This document shows positions 26,862 through 37,345 of a stretch of DNA of 56,193 nucleotides, piece by piece. This DNA comes from Ignavibacteriales bacterium (GTDB taxonomy: Bacteria; Bacteroidota; Ignavibacteria; UBA10030; UBA6906): NCBI GenBank assembly GCA_037441705.1, contig JBBIRR010000027.1, positions 1-56,193 on the forward strand, read 5' to 3'. Within the stretch, counting starts at the first letter, position 1. Each line of letters begins with the position of its first letter. The notes under the pieces are model-generated. The model did not search any database. It had not been told where the DNA came from and saw only the letters and a list, made by a program, of their open reading frames with translations. The translations under genes were made by a program, and so were the position numbers.

Positions 26862-28022
26862 CTATCTCTTGAGTGCTCGTTGAATTGCCGCGTAAATACT
26901 CTTCGGGCTGTGCACGCCGCCGCCCGCATGGCCGACGAACTCCACATGCGCGCGGCCGGCAGAGCAGCGCTCAACCTCATTCACCATCTGACCCAGATTG
27001 ATTTCGGGAACGACAAATGCCTTGACCTTCTGCGCCAACTCGCGGATGCGTTTCTCCGGAAACGGCCAGACGACCACCAGACGCAGGTGGCCAACCTTCA
27101 AGCCGTCTCTCCGCGCTTGCTCTATTGCCGGGACGGCGGTACGTGACGTGATGCCGTACGTCACCAGCACAACATCCGCCCCGTCGACCTGATCTTCACG
27201 GTACTCGACGATTCGGTCGGCATGAACCCGAATCTTCCCCACCAGCCGATGCACGAGAGCATCCTGTGCGGTAACCGTCATAGCAGGATAACCTTTCTCA
27301 TCGTGCGTCAGGCCGGTGACATGTATGTTGTATCCGTCGCCCGCTTTCACCATCGGCGGGACGAGGGTTGCGTTCGCTTTGAACGGAAGATACTCCTGCG
27401 GGGGCCCGTCGAAGTACCGGCGCGGCACGATCTCGATCTGATCGGCAGGCGGAATGACGACGCGCTCGGTCATGTGCCCGACACATTCATCCATCATCAG
27501 CAGAACGGGCACGCGGTATTCTTCGGAGAGGTTGAATGCTTTGATGGTCAGATCGAAACATTCCTGCGGCGAGTTGGGCGAGAGCGCGATAATCCCGTAA
27601 TCGCCGTGCGAGCCCCAGCGCGCCTGCATCATATCGCCTTGCGCAGGCTGCGTCGGCAAACCGGTGGAAGGTCCCGCACGCTGTACATCAACGAACACGC
27701 AGGGTGTTTCCGTCATCGCCGCGAAGCCGATGTGTTCCATCATGAGCGAAAAGCCCGGACCCGACGTCACCGTCATCGCCTTCATTCCGCCCCACACGGC
27801 CCCCTGAATAGCGATCGAGGAAGCAATCTCATCTTCCATCTGAATGAAAATCCCGCCGACGTACGGAAACCGCGCAGCAATGCGCTCAACAACTTCCGTT
27901 GACGGCGTGATCGGATAGCCTGCAACAAAACGGCATCCCGCCGCAATCGCTCCTTCCGAACAAGCGTGATCACCGTCCAGAAAATGAAAACCAGTCAAAA
28001 CTCCTCGCGGATCTGCGTTCAT
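26862..28022 (-). CDS. korA: 2-oxoacid:ferredoxin oxidoreductase alpha subunit
   Basis: AGYPITPSTE, QMEDEIAS, TSGPGFSLM, QRAGPSTG. Confidence 0.93.
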   Translation of the reverse strand: MNADPRGVLTGFHFLDGDHACSEGAIAAGCRFVAGYPITPSTEVVERIAARFPYVGGIFIQMEDEIASSIAIQGAVWGGMKAMTVTSGPGFSLMMEHIGFAAMTETPCVFVDVQRAGPSTGLPTQPAQGDMMQARWGSHGDYGIIALSPNSPQECFDLTIKAFNLSEEYRVPVLLMMDECVGHMTERVVIPPADQIEIVPRRYFDGPPQEYLPFKANATLVPPMVKAGDGYNIHVTGLTHDEKGYPAMTVTAQDALVHRLVGKIRVHADRIVEYREDQVDGADVVLVTYGITSRTAVPAIEQARRDGLKVGHLRLVVVWPFPEKRIRELAQKVKAFVVPEINLGQMVNEVERCSAGRAHVEFVGHAGGGVHSPKSIYAAIQRALKR

Positions 28023-28029
28023 ACCTTCG

Positions 28030-28284
28030 TCACTTTCTGTTAACCTTGCGGATGAATCCGTAGATGGCAAAATCGGGACAGAGCAAGCCGCACATGTTGC
28101 AGCCGTTGCAGAGATCCTGTGAGATCAGTACTGGCGGATGGTAGCCCTTGGAGTTGTACTGCTCGGAAAACTTGAGTGCCTTCGGCGGACAGAATTCGAT
28201 GCAAAAGCCACAGCCCTTGCACCGTTCGACGTTGATCACAAGCCCGCCGATGACTTTCTTCGATTGAACCTGAGTTGTCGTCAT
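28030..28284 (-). CDS. korD: 2[4Fe-4S] ferredoxin-like delta subunit
   Basis: CKGCGFCIEFCP and CNGCNMCGLLCPD. Confidence 0.9.
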   Translation of the reverse strand: MTTTQVQSKKVIGGLVINVERCKGCGFCIEFCPPKALKFSEQYNSKGYHPPVLISQDLCNGCNMCGLLCPDFAIYGFIRKVNRK

Positions 28285-28595
28285 ATGTCCAAGTGGGGTC
28301 GGGAGAGTCAGCTACTCAGGGCACATCACACACACTGGGCCAGTCTCAAACGTGCGGATTATGGTAGGAAATGTTGAGAAACGCGTTCGGCGAATCTTGA
28401 TATTGAGAAATGGAGATTGGTGTTTTCCAATTTTTGGGGATTGGAACAAGCGTGCAGGCCGGCGCGCGTCTTGCATCAAGGCAAACACGGGCGGGACGAA
28501 CTCCGTTCGGTCGGTTCTCGCGGTTGATTGCATTTGCCTTCGCAATGAACTTAGCGAGAACGTCTCTCCGACCTGTTAAGTAGAGGAGTCGGAGA

Positions 28596-30716
28596 TCATC
28601 GAAGAAGGATCATCTTCCGTGTTTGGGCGAAATCGCCTGCTTGAAGTCTGTAGTAGTACACGCCGCTGGGGAAATCTGCTGCATCAAACACCACCTCAAA
28701 TGTTCCAGGGTGGACATTGCCGTCCACCAGCGTCACGACTTCGCGTCCCAGCACATCATACACCTTCAACGTTACGCGCCCTGAACGTTGAACCCTGAAC
28801 GCTGACCGGCTTTCCTCAAACGCCGAACCCCGAACTGAGAAGCGGATTGTTGTGGTGGGATTGAACGGGTTGGGATAGTTCTGGAGGAGTTCGGTGGAAA
28901 ACGGAACGCTTGCCTCGGGAACGGAGAGGGAGTTCCGCCAGTTGCGGTAGAAGTGCAATCCGCCGCGCAAGGTGCCGACGAACAGATCGTTGTCGCCATC
29001 GGCGTCAATATCGGCGAACGTGGGGGCCGCTTCGAGCAGCGGCTCGGTGGCGGCGTAGTGGTTCGTCCGCCGGATGAACTGTGCTGCGGCCGGCGTTCCG
29101 ACATTCTCATAAAACTCCACCAGCCCGTCGCTCGTGCCGATGAACAGGTCTGTATCTCCATCGTTGTCGATATCGGTAAAGGTCGGGAAGAGATTGGATC
29201 CGGCAGGGATGCCTTGATACGACGTGGTCTGCAGAACCGGAAGGAACACGCCGGCGTTCCCCTCGTTGCGATAAAAGCTGATGCTTCCGTTGCCCTTGCC
29301 GACAAAGAGATCGAAATCGCCGTCGGCATCAATATCAACAAATGCCGGCGCCGCGTTGGAAGACACGTTGATCGTGTCGGTGGGCGACGCTTGCAGCAGG
29401 AACGTTGCCGCCTGCGGCGTGCCGACGTTGCGGTAGAATTTGATACGTCCATCATACGTGCCGATGAACAAATCCTTCCTGCCATCATTGTCAATGTCAG
29501 CGAAGACCGGGGCAAACGAAAACCCACCGCGGATGTTCTGATAGGTTGAGTCAGCAAGTCGGAACGAGGGGGCGGAAGCCGTCCCTTCATTTTTGAAGAA
29601 TGTCAGCCTGCCACCGAGGTCGCCGATGAACAGGTCCAGCGTTCCATTCGCATCAATGTCAACAAAGGTCGGGTGAGCATTCATGCCGACGTCGATCATC
29701 GAGAGGAAGTTCGTCGTTTGAAGCTGAAACAGGGGCGCAGTGGGCGAACCGTTGTTTCGGTAAAACATGAAGCCGTCGGTTTGCACGAGGGTGGCCAGGA
29801 CGCCGACGAACAAATCGAGGTCGCCGTCGCCGTCAATGTCGACGAACGAGGTTTGATTGAATCCCGCGGTACGCACGGGCTGGTTGATGGGGAAGCTGCT
29901 GGTGTTGCATACCATGTGCGGGACTGCGGGCGTTCCGATGTTCTGCAAAAAGAAGATGCCCGATGCAAACACATCGCCGATGAAGAGGTCGGGCGCGCCG
30001 TTACCGTTAATATCCGCAAAGCGGAATGCGCTCGCGCCGTGCAGGTCCGGAGGACGATCGCCGATGGTACACGTATCGCCGTAGATCGTAATGGCCTGCC
30101 AGAAGGTGGTGCGAAAGGCGAGGCGGAGGTTGGCGGGTGTACCAATGTTCTGATAGAAGTTGATCGTTCCGTTGTAGTTGCTGGAGAAGAAGTCGAGATC
30201 GCCGTCCGCATCAATATCGACGAGAGCGGGGATGCTGTTTTGACCGGCAAACACATCAGCGTTGCTGGAGTCGCGCAGCGTACCGGCGATGAGCGTGAAG
30301 AGAGGGGCCTGCGGCGTGCCGGTGTTCTTGTACAATCGAACGCCCACAAACGTCGAATCTTCGGTGAGTAAATCCTTCAGCCCATCTCCATCAACATCAT
30401 GAAAGAGAAACCAGCGAGAGATCGGAGGAAGAGGAACAATGCCGTTGCGCAGCTTGTAGTCGGGTGAGGTTACCGTTCCTTCATTCCGATACAACTCAAC
30501 AGGCGGATTCACATCTAACACAAACAAATCAAGGTCGCCGTCGCCATCAATATCCAGGAACTGATGATTGGGGGAGTTGACGCCGCCTGCGAAGGGGAGT
30601 GAGATGGAGACGCCGTTCGCCTGCACGGGAATTCCCTCCACCTGTCGCTCGAAGGGTTGAGCCCACAGCAACGATGCTGCGCTTGCCGTCAAAAGGATGA
30701 TGAAGATCGTCCGCAT
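28596..30716 (-). CDS. FG-GAP/VCBS-repeat secreted protein with T9SS C-terminal sorting domain
   Basis: Signal peptide, about 10 repeats of P.F.DIDxDGD.DLF.G...G.I.FY.N.GT...P.F, and CTD NYPNPFNP...SGVYYYRL...KMILLR. Confidence 0.9.
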   Translation of the reverse strand: MRTIFIILLTASAASLLWAQPFERQVEGIPVQANGVSISLPFAGGVNSPNHQFLDIDGDGDLDLFVLDVNPPVELYRNEGTVTSPDYKLRNGIVPLPPISRWFLFHDVDGDGLKDLLTEDSTFVGVRLYKNTGTPQAPLFTLIAGTLRDSSNADVFAGQNSIPALVDIDADGDLDFFSSNYNGTINFYQNIGTPANLRLAFRTTFWQAITIYGDTCTIGDRPPDLHGASAFRFADINGNGAPDLFIGDVFASGIFFLQNIGTPAVPHMVCNTSSFPINQPVRTAGFNQTSFVDIDGDGDLDLFVGVLATLVQTDGFMFYRNNGSPTAPLFQLQTTNFLSMIDVGMNAHPTFVDIDANGTLDLFIGDLGGRLTFFKNEGTASAPSFRLADSTYQNIRGGFSFAPVFADIDNDGRKDLFIGTYDGRIKFYRNVGTPQAATFLLQASPTDTINVSSNAAPAFVDIDADGDFDLFVGKGNGSISFYRNEGNAGVFLPVLQTTSYQGIPAGSNLFPTFTDIDNDGDTDLFIGTSDGLVEFYENVGTPAAAQFIRRTNHYAATEPLLEAAPTFADIDADGDNDLFVGTLRGGLHFYRNWRNSLSVPEASVPFSTELLQNYPNPFNPTTTIRFSVRGSAFEESRSAFRVQRSGRVTLKVYDVLGREVVTLVDGNVHPGTFEVVFDAADFPSGVYYYRLQAGDFAQTRKMILLR
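28780..28835. repeat. Degenerate heptamer tandem array (nnnGAAC) inside the T9SS CTD coding region
   Basis: CCTGAAC GTTGAAC CCTGAAC GCTGACC GGCTTTC CTCAAAC GCCGAAC CCCGAAC in strict 7-bp phase. Confidence 0.7.
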
Positions 30717-30951
30717 GGGAATCTCTTTGGCCAATGGAATTTCACAAAAAAGGGCGGGAGTTACAAGCACGAACACACCAAGCTCAACGGAGGAACAGCC
30801 CTTCGACCAACCCGATGTGCCATGCTAACACGAAGCCGAAGACGACGCTCACATCCTCGGCACCTCCGCGCCCGACAGTGTCTCCCTCTGCTGTTTGCAA
30901 CCATCGCGCCGTACAGAGCGTTTCTTGAATGAACAATGAAGGAAGTGCGAA

Positions 30952-31326
30952 ATGATTAGACTCCTGATGGTTTCTGTGCTTCTTCTTTTTGGCTGCGCGA
31001 CTGCCAAACTCTTCGATGCCGTTCCACCCGGTCTCGATCGCAACAGCGTGCCCCACACGACAATCGAAATGACGGCCGAACACTTTCACTTCACTCCCGA
31101 GGAGGTACGTGTGCACGAAGGGACGCTTGTTGTACTGAAGGTGAGGGCAATCGACGGGACGCACGGTTTTGCGCTCGGTGCATTCGGCATCGACGAACGA
31201 TTGGAAGAGCACGAAACGAAAACGATCGAATTCTTCGCGGCGAAGAAGGGGGAGTATACCTTCCGCTGTTCTCACTTTTGCGGTCTCGGGCACTTCGGCA
31301 TGAGTGGAAGGATCATCATCGAATGA
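30952..31326 (+). CDS. Lipoprotein cupredoxin with binuclear CuA site (COX2/NosZ-like domain)
   Basis: Lipobox LLFGC and CuA ligand set HGF...CSHFCGLGHFGM. Confidence 0.85.
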   Translation: MIRLLMVSVLLLFGCATAKLFDAVPPGLDRNSVPHTTIEMTAEHFHFTPEEVRVHEGTLVVLKVRAIDGTHGFALGAFGIDERLEEHETKTIEFFAAKKGEYTFRCSHFCGLGHFGMSGRIIIE

Positions 31327-32083
31327 ACAATCCTTCAACGACGCCGAGGTGCCATGCAAGGAAGCTGCCGAAGGCTACACTGATACCACCTGCGAGTGCC
31401 CGCATGAGGATGTTGAATCGGTGTGATCGCTGCGCCGAAAGTGTGAACGGAAGCCCGACGAGCATACTCATTGCCACCATCCCGCCAATGGAGCCGGCGC
31501 CGAATAGAGCGATGTAAACGAACGCGAGCATACTGTTGTGGATGGTGGTAAGAATGATCAGCATGAGTGCGGCGCTTCCCGCCAGCCCGTGGACCATGCC
31601 GGCAACAAGGGAACGTTTGTTCTGGGAGAGCTGTGACCATGCTCGTTCGAAGAACCGCGCGGCGCGGCTTTCATGGTGCGAGGGCGCATCATCATGTGTG
31701 TGCTGCGAGCCTGCAGCGTGCGTGTGCAGATGGATGTGGCGCTTGCCGTGATGCGTGTGGAGATGAACGTGTACAATCTCTCCTCGCCAGACTTTCCGCA
31801 GCACGTCCAGTCCCAGCAGGACAAGCATCATCGCGACGGCAAACTCCATGCTCAGTGCCAGGGTTTCTGGAATATGAAGGTGGAGTGCGACAACGCCGCA
31901 GCCGATGACGAGCAGCGTTGCCGTGTGGCCGATACCCCACAGCAGGCCAACAATCGAAGAACTCAAGACGCCTTTGCGCTCGCTGACGATTGTTGCGACT
32001 GCGATGACATGGTCGGCGTCAAGCGCGTGCTTGAGTCCGAGAACGAATCCTAAACCGAGGATGGGGAGCGATTCTGCCTGCAT
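31316..32083 (-). CDS. Nickel/cobalt transporter (UreH/NiCoT-RcnA-like)
   Basis: KHALDADH, WGIGHT, His-rich loop HVHLHTHHGKRHIHLHTH, HGLAGSAAL. Confidence 0.85.
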   Translation of the reverse strand: MQAESLPILGLGFVLGLKHALDADHVIAVATIVSERKGVLSSSIVGLLWGIGHTATLLVIGCGVVALHLHIPETLALSMEFAVAMMLVLLGLDVLRKVWRGEIVHVHLHTHHGKRHIHLHTHAAGSQHTHDDAPSHHESRAARFFERAWSQLSQNKRSLVAGMVHGLAGSAALMLIILTTIHNSMLAFVYIALFGAGSIGGMVAMSMLVGLPFTLSAQRSHRFNILMRALAGGISVAFGSFLAWHLGVVEGLFIR

Positions 32084-32304
32084 GCTGTGATATTCCGTGA
32101 TAACAAACGATCGCTCACAATGTAGCATTCCTCCTGCAAACTTACCAGCACAGAGCGAAGCCTCGGGAGCTACGTCCTTCGAACAATGCGAAGACCCCGT
32201 TCGCAATGCAGCGGGGTGTGTTTCCGCGGATTGGTTGGAGAAATTGTATGTCCAATCGTCTTTCGATATATTCAGCAACGTTCAGCCACATCACGCGATC
32301 ACAC

Positions 32305-32916
32305 ATGAATACATCCGCGAGTGCGAATCCCTCCACTGCCTCGGCTGATATCGACTTGCTCCATCATATCATGCGACGAGAAGAAGATGCACTCGGTGTG
32401 CTGTATGACCGACATGCAAGCCAGCTGTACGGTTTGCTTCTGCGCATTCTCAAGGAGCAGAATGAAGCGGAAGATACGCTGCAGGAAGTGTTCCTGCGTG
32501 TGTGGGAAAAAGCCTCGACGTACGATGAATCACTCGGCAGCCCGATCGTGTGGTTGACACGTATCGCTCGCAATCTGGCGATCGACAGACTGCGATCGAA
32601 GTTTGGGCACCAGCGAAAGTTGGAGGATGGTCTGGACCGGCACGCGGAGTTGCAGGCGGAAGAAGCGGGGGCGAGTCCCGAGCATGCAGCTCATCAAGCT
32701 CAGCAGCGCAGAACCATCCTCACGGCTCTGAGCGCGCTCCCGCCAGAACAGCGCGTGTTGATTGAAAGCGCATACTTCGAGGGTTTCACGCAGTCGCAGC
32801 TCGCCGAGCGTTTCCGTCTGCCGTTGGGGACCGTCAAAACGCGTATTCGGTCGGGGATGATGACGCTCAGGCGCGAGCTTGAACAGAGTGGGTTGTTGAA
32901 CAAAGGGGAAGTATAA
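32305..32916 (+). CDS. ECF sigma factor (SigK-like)
   Basis: AEDTLQEVFLRVW, WL..IARNLAIDRLR, and region 4 LPLGTVKTRIR. Confidence 0.93.
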   Translation: MNTSASANPSTASADIDLLHHIMRREEDALGVLYDRHASQLYGLLLRILKEQNEAEDTLQEVFLRVWEKASTYDESLGSPIVWLTRIARNLAIDRLRSKFGHQRKLEDGLDRHAELQAEEAGASPEHAAHQAQQRRTILTALSALPPEQRVLIESAYFEGFTQSQLAERFRLPLGTVKTRIRSGMMTLRRELEQSGLLNKGEV

Positions 32917-32921
32917 CCGCT

Positions 32922-33533
32922 ATGACAGAAGAACAGGTAAAGGATTTGACGCTGCTGTATGCCGTCGGCGCGCTCGATGGAAGTGAGCGTGAAGAACTTG
33001 AGCGTTTGTTGAAGGCGAACAACGAGGCGGCCGTCGAACAAACAGCCGCGTGGCACACAACGATGACGGCCGCGGTCCGGCAGGCTCTGCATCCCGTGGA
33101 ACCGCCTGCTCATGTGAAGCAAAGCCTGATGAAGAGAATTCGGCAAACTATCCAACGGGCACAGCGAGGACCCGGCTCGTTGCGTTTCGATCATGCCGAA
33201 GGTATCTACACGGCGTATCCTGAACACATGGAATGGCGCAAGCATCCCGTTCCCGGCGTCTCGTTCAAAGTTCTGAGTGAGAGTAAGAAGCGAGGCTACA
33301 TTACGATGCTGATGAAGGTAGAGCCGGGAACCATCTTTCCTGCGCATCATCACTCGGGCGAGGAGGAATGCTACGTTCTGAGCGGGTCGGTCATTCTCAA
33401 CGGAAAAAGACTCGGTCCCGGCGTTCTCCATCACGGTGATGAGGGCAGCGACCACGGCGTTCTCAGCAGCGATGAAGGCGCCCTGCTGCTTCTGGTTGTT
33501 GCACAAGAGGACTACATTCCGCCGGCTCAGTAG
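32922..33533 (+). CDS. Soluble anti-sigma factor with ChrR-like cupin domain
   Basis: Anti-sigma helix YAVGALD..E...LE..L, EPPAHVK..LM, and cupin FPAHHHSGEEECYVLSG...GSDH. Confidence 0.8.
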   Translation: MTEEQVKDLTLLYAVGALDGSEREELERLLKANNEAAVEQTAAWHTTMTAAVRQALHPVEPPAHVKQSLMKRIRQTIQRAQRGPGSLRFDHAEGIYTAYPEHMEWRKHPVPGVSFKVLSESKKRGYITMLMKVEPGTIFPAHHHSGEEECYVLSGSVILNGKRLGPGVLHHGDEGSDHGVLSSDEGALLLLVVAQEDYIPPAQ

Positions 33534-33676
33534 AAGAGTCGTCCGCGCACCGTCGTTGCGGTGGCCGCGACCGTTCCCGTGCTGGTACTGTGCCGAGTTC
33601 TCAGAATGCCGGAGCCGTTCGCCTGGACGGCTCTTCTGCTTCTTGGTAATCGAACAGGAACTCTGTACCTTACGTC

Positions 33677-35896
33677 ATGAGCATCGTGGATGCATCGGCG
33701 CGAATGCTTCTCACCATGTTGCTTGTCGCAGCATGTGCAGGATGCCGCCACGACGCGCCGAAATCGAGTGGGAGTTCTATGGGATCAGGCAAGACACCGA
33801 ACCGCCTCATCAACGAAAAGAGTCCATACCTGCTGCAGCACGCCTACAATCCTGTGGATTGGTACCCGTGGGGCGAGGAAGCCTTTGCGAAAGCCCGCGC
33901 CGAAGACAAGCCCATCTTCCTTTCTATCGGTTACTCAACCTGCCATTGGTGTCACGTTATGGAAGAGGAATCGTTCGAGAACGATTCGATTGCTGCCCTG
34001 ATGAACAGATATTTCGTCTGTATCAAGGTGGACAGAGAAGAGCGCCCCGACGTGGATCGGGTGTACATGACGGCGCTTCAAAGCATGGGAGAGAACGGCG
34101 GCTGGCCCATGTCCATGTTTCTTACGCCCGACCTCAAGCCGTTCTTCGGAGGAACATACTACCCGCCCGAGTCGCGCTACGGACGAATCGGGTTTCCCGA
34201 TTTGCTTCGCCGTATTCACGAGATCTGGACGACGGATCGCGCAAGAGTGTTGGACGCGGCCAACGGCGTCGTTTCTTTTCTTCAGCAACTTCCCACGACC
34301 TCACGCGGTGGGACACTGACGCCCGCGGTTCTCGATCGATGCTTTGAGCAATTCCAGCAGATGTACGATGCCGAGCACGGCGGTTTTGGAGGCGCGCCGA
34401 AGTTTCCTCGTCCGGTCGTGCTCAATTTCCTGTTGCGCTACTATCATCGAACGGGAAATCGGGATGCGTTGAAGATGGCCGAGCATACGCTGGAGAAGAT
34501 GGCGAGCGGCGGCATGTACGATCATATCGGCGGCGGATTCCATCGCTATTCGGTGGACGCGGACTGGCGCGTGCCGCATTTCGAAAAGATGCTGTACGAT
34601 CAAGCCCAGCTCGCCAACGCGTATCTCGACCTGTTTCTGATCACCGGCAGCAAACGGTACGCAGCAATCGCGCGGGACGTGTTGGAGTACGTGTTGCGAG
34701 ACATGACGGACGCGCTCGGCGGATTTTATTCGGCGGAAGATGCCGACAGCCCGCGTCCCGAATCCCCTGAGCAAAAAGGAGAAGGCGCTTTTTACGTCTG
34801 GACCAAGAAGGAGATTCTCGACGCGCTGGGAAAAGAAACCGGCAGCGTCTTTTGCTTTCATTATGGTGTAGAAGAGGATGGGAATGTCGCCGTTGATCCG
34901 CAGTTGGAGTTCACGGGACGGAACATCCTGTACGTTGCTCACCCGATCGCCGAAACTGCAGCCGCATTCCATCGAACGGAATCGGACGTCGTCGCGCTTC
35001 TCGCTGCCGCACGCAAGCGCCTGTTCGAGCTTCGAGCGCGCAGACCCCGTCCTCATCTTGATGACAAGATTCTTGCGGGCTGGAACGGATTGATGATCAG
35101 CGCATGTGCACGAGCCTCTCAGGCGCTCGGCGAGTCGCGCTATCTCGACGCTGCACGGGCGTCTGCACGTTTTGTCTTACAAAAGATGGTTGATCCCACC
35201 ACCGAAAAACTCCGCCGTCGCTATCGTGAGGGCGAGGCAAGATTCGAAGCCCATCTCGACGACTACGCGTTCGTTGTTGCGGGCCTTCTTGATTTATACG
35301 AATCCGACTTCGATGTGTACTGGCTCGAGCAGGCGCTTCGTTTTACACGAACGCAGCTTCAGATCTTCTGGGATGAAAAGGGAGGCGGGTTCTTCGACAC
35401 ATCGGGCGAAGACAACTCCGTGTTGGTGCGTACGAAGGAACATTACGACGGCGCCGAGCCTGCCGGGAATTCCGTTGCGGCAATGAACCTTCTCCGCCTC
35501 TACCATATCACCGGCGACGACAGCTTGCGCGTGAAAGCAGAGCAAATTCTGGAGGCATTTTCCGGTGCGTTGGAAAAACAGCCCGTTGTCCTGCCGTTCA
35601 TGCTCTGCGCCTACGACTTCTCTCAGAGCAAGGTCAAGCAGATTGTCATTGCAGGATCAGTCCAAGATGAGCTGACGCGGCAGATGCTGAAGCACGTTCA
35701 ACGACGCTACCTCCCGAACAAGATCGTGCTCTTGCTTGAACCGGCAACGCGAACGAGACTCGAAACGCTGTCGCCGTTCACGCGTCCGCTCTCAGCCCGA
35801 GAAGGGCAAGCAGTAGCCTACGTGTGCGAAGACTACGTCTGCAGCCTTCCAACGTCCGAGCTTGAAGTTGTCGAACGATTGCTGGCGGCGCGGTGA
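33677..35896 (+). CDS. YyaL/SSP411 (SPATA20) thioredoxin plus (alpha/alpha)6-barrel protein
   Basis: [49 protein letters not shown]. Confidence 0.95.
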   Translation: MSIVDASARMLLTMLLVAACAGCRHDAPKSSGSSMGSGKTPNRLINEKSPYLLQHAYNPVDWYPWGEEAFAKARAEDKPIFLSIGYSTCHWCHVMEEESFENDSIAALMNRYFVCIKVDREERPDVDRVYMTALQSMGENGGWPMSMFLTPDLKPFFGGTYYPPESRYGRIGFPDLLRRIHEIWTTDRARVLDAANGVVSFLQQLPTTSRGGTLTPAVLDRCFEQFQQMYDAEHGGFGGAPKFPRPVVLNFLLRYYHRTGNRDALKMAEHTLEKMASGGMYDHIGGGFHRYSVDADWRVPHFEKMLYDQAQLANAYLDLFLITGSKRYAAIARDVLEYVLRDMTDALGGFYSAEDADSPRPESPEQKGEGAFYVWTKKEILDALGKETGSVFCFHYGVEEDGNVAVDPQLEFTGRNILYVAHPIAETAAAFHRTESDVVALLAAARKRLFELRARRPRPHLDDKILAGWNGLMISACARASQALGESRYLDAARASARFVLQKMVDPTTEKLRRRYREGEARFEAHLDDYAFVVAGLLDLYESDFDVYWLEQALRFTRTQLQIFWDEKGGGFFDTSGEDNSVLVRTKEHYDGAEPAGNSVAAMNLLRLYHITGDDSLRVKAEQILEAFSGALEKQPVVLPFMLCAYDFSQSKVKQIVIAGSVQDELTRQMLKHVQRRYLPNKIVLLLEPATRTRLETLSPFTRPLSAREGQAVAYVCEDYVCSLPTSELEVVERLLAAR

Positions 35897-35928
35897 ATCT
35901 CTGGCGGGTGCGACGAATCGGGATGCTT

Positions 35929-36186
35929 TCAGCGCTCTTTGTCCACCGGAAACACGTCCCAGCCGGGTCGGCGGGACTTGAGGGCTGCTGCTGGCCTGCC
36001 GTTGCTCAGCTCGCGTGCAACCCGTTCGGCAAATTGGCGTGCCTGCCCTTCATCAAGAAACCAATCCGAACTGATGTTCTTCCTGAACGGGAAGCCTTTC
36101 CGGTACACGCGCACAACCCAGGCCGTGCCGACGCCCTCGGGCTGTTCAAGTTCGACGTAATAGTCTTTGCCAGCGGGTATGGTCAT
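35929..36186 (-). CDS. Small hypothetical protein
   Basis: Fills the gap between YyaL and arfB, with protein-like composition (YYVELEQ...WVVRVYRK...SSDWFLD). Confidence 0.6.
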   Translation of the reverse strand: MTIPAGKDYYVELEQPEGVGTAWVVRVYRKGFPFRKNISSDWFLDEGQARQFAERVARELSNGRPAAALKSRRPGWDVFPVDKER

Positions 36187-36267
36187 ACGACGATGGGATG
36201 TGAATATGAAGCACGAACATTGTACTGAGAAGCGGGGACAAATTCAAACGCATGAGAGGACCCGGGT

Positions 36268-36699
36268 ATGGAGATGGTTGTGATTGATGATGCTGTCAGG
36301 ATTCCTCTGAAGGAGCTTGAGTTCAGGTTTGCGCGCAGCGGCGGGCCCGGCGGCCAGAACGTCAACAAAGTTTCGAGTCGGGTTGAGCTGCGGTTCAACG
36401 TGAAGAATTCTCCGAGTCTGACAGCGGACCAACGACGCAAGCTCGTCTCTCGACTTCGCACAAAGATCGACACGAAGGGCGTGCTGCATCTCGTTTCTCA
36501 GGAATCACGCAGTCAGTGGAAGAATCGAGAGCGAGCGTTGGAGAAGTTTATCGCCCTGATGCGTCTTGCCCTCAGGCCCGAACAGAAGCGCATCCCGACC
36601 AAACCATCTTCTCAAGCTTCGGCAAAGAGGGTGGAGGAGAAAAAGATCCATGCCACAAAAAAGCGCCTGAGGCAGAGCGTGCGTAGCGTGCAGGAGTAG
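36268..36699 (+). CDS. arfB: Alternative ribosome-rescue peptidyl-tRNA hydrolase ArfB (YaeJ)
   Basis: RSGGPGGQNVNKV, RSQ..NR..A, and basic C-terminal tail R.PTKPS...KK...KK.R. Confidence 0.95.
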   Translation: MEMVVIDDAVRIPLKELEFRFARSGGPGGQNVNKVSSRVELRFNVKNSPSLTADQRRKLVSRLRTKIDTKGVLHLVSQESRSQWKNRERALEKFIALMRLALRPEQKRIPTKPSSQASAKRVEEKKIHATKKRLRQSVRSVQE

Positions 36700-36791
36700 C
36701 TCTTCAGCGTGAGGGTCTCTCGAAGTCGGAGCGCTAAACCCGTTGTATCGAATGAGGGATTCGAGATGTGGTTGCGGTCGTAAGATTCTCC

Positions 36792-36820
36792 TTGACTTTC
36801 TCTCACTCTCCACATACCTT
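36792..36820 (+). promoter_or_regulatory. Sigma70-type promoter for the 36923-41601 operon
   Basis: TTGACT-17-TACCTT. Confidence 0.55.
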
Positions 36821-36922
36821 GCCGTAGCGTTTCCCATCAGTTTTCCGAACGTTTGACGGCGGAGAGTCCGTCGCCTTCGGACGGAATGGGACACATCTAC
36901 TTTCACGATACGCCCGTCGTTC

Positions 36923-37345
36923 ATGACGCTTCTCCGCGATCGCTTCTGGTGGACACTCTACGGTATCGGGGCAATTACTGTGATCAGCGGTGTCGTACAG
37001 TGTGTTGCTCCGGGTGCGCTGCTGCAATTCCTCTCGCCCGACATGACGCTGGTAAGCAAGCACTTCTTGAAAATCACCGGCGTGCTCACGGCGTGCTTCG
37101 GTGCGCTGCTCATGCACGCTCTGGTACGTCACGATGCCCAGCACGTTGCGGTGTTGTGGACGGGCATCCAGAAAATCTTCGCTGCCGCGGCCGTCGGGCT
37201 TGCAATTCAGGATCGTATCTTTTCGCCGTACGCGCTTGCTGCCGCTGTGTTCGATCTCGTCGCCGGCGTGATGATCGTTGCCTACTGGTACTGGGTCAAA
37301 CAGCTCCAGCACGAATCTGAAGCCTTCCGGACGCCGCCCCTATGA
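36923..37345 (+). CDS. Four-TM membrane protein, unknown function
   Basis: Four hydrophobic segments with intramembrane QK and FD; ATGA overlap with the next gene. Confidence 0.75.
   Translation: MTLLRDRFWWTLYGIGAITVISGVVQCVAPGALLQFLSPDMTLVSKHFLKITGVLTACFGALLMHALVRHDAQHVAVLWTGIQKIFAAAAVGLAIQDRIFSPYALAAAVFDLVAGVMIVAYWYWVKQLQHESEAFRTPPL

Noticed and set aside
32084-32140. GTGA...TCAC elements upstream of the Ni transporter as a NikR or CRP operator
   Set aside because: Spacing and half-sites do not match NikR (GTATGA-N16-TCATAC) or CRP (TGTGA-N6-TCACA).
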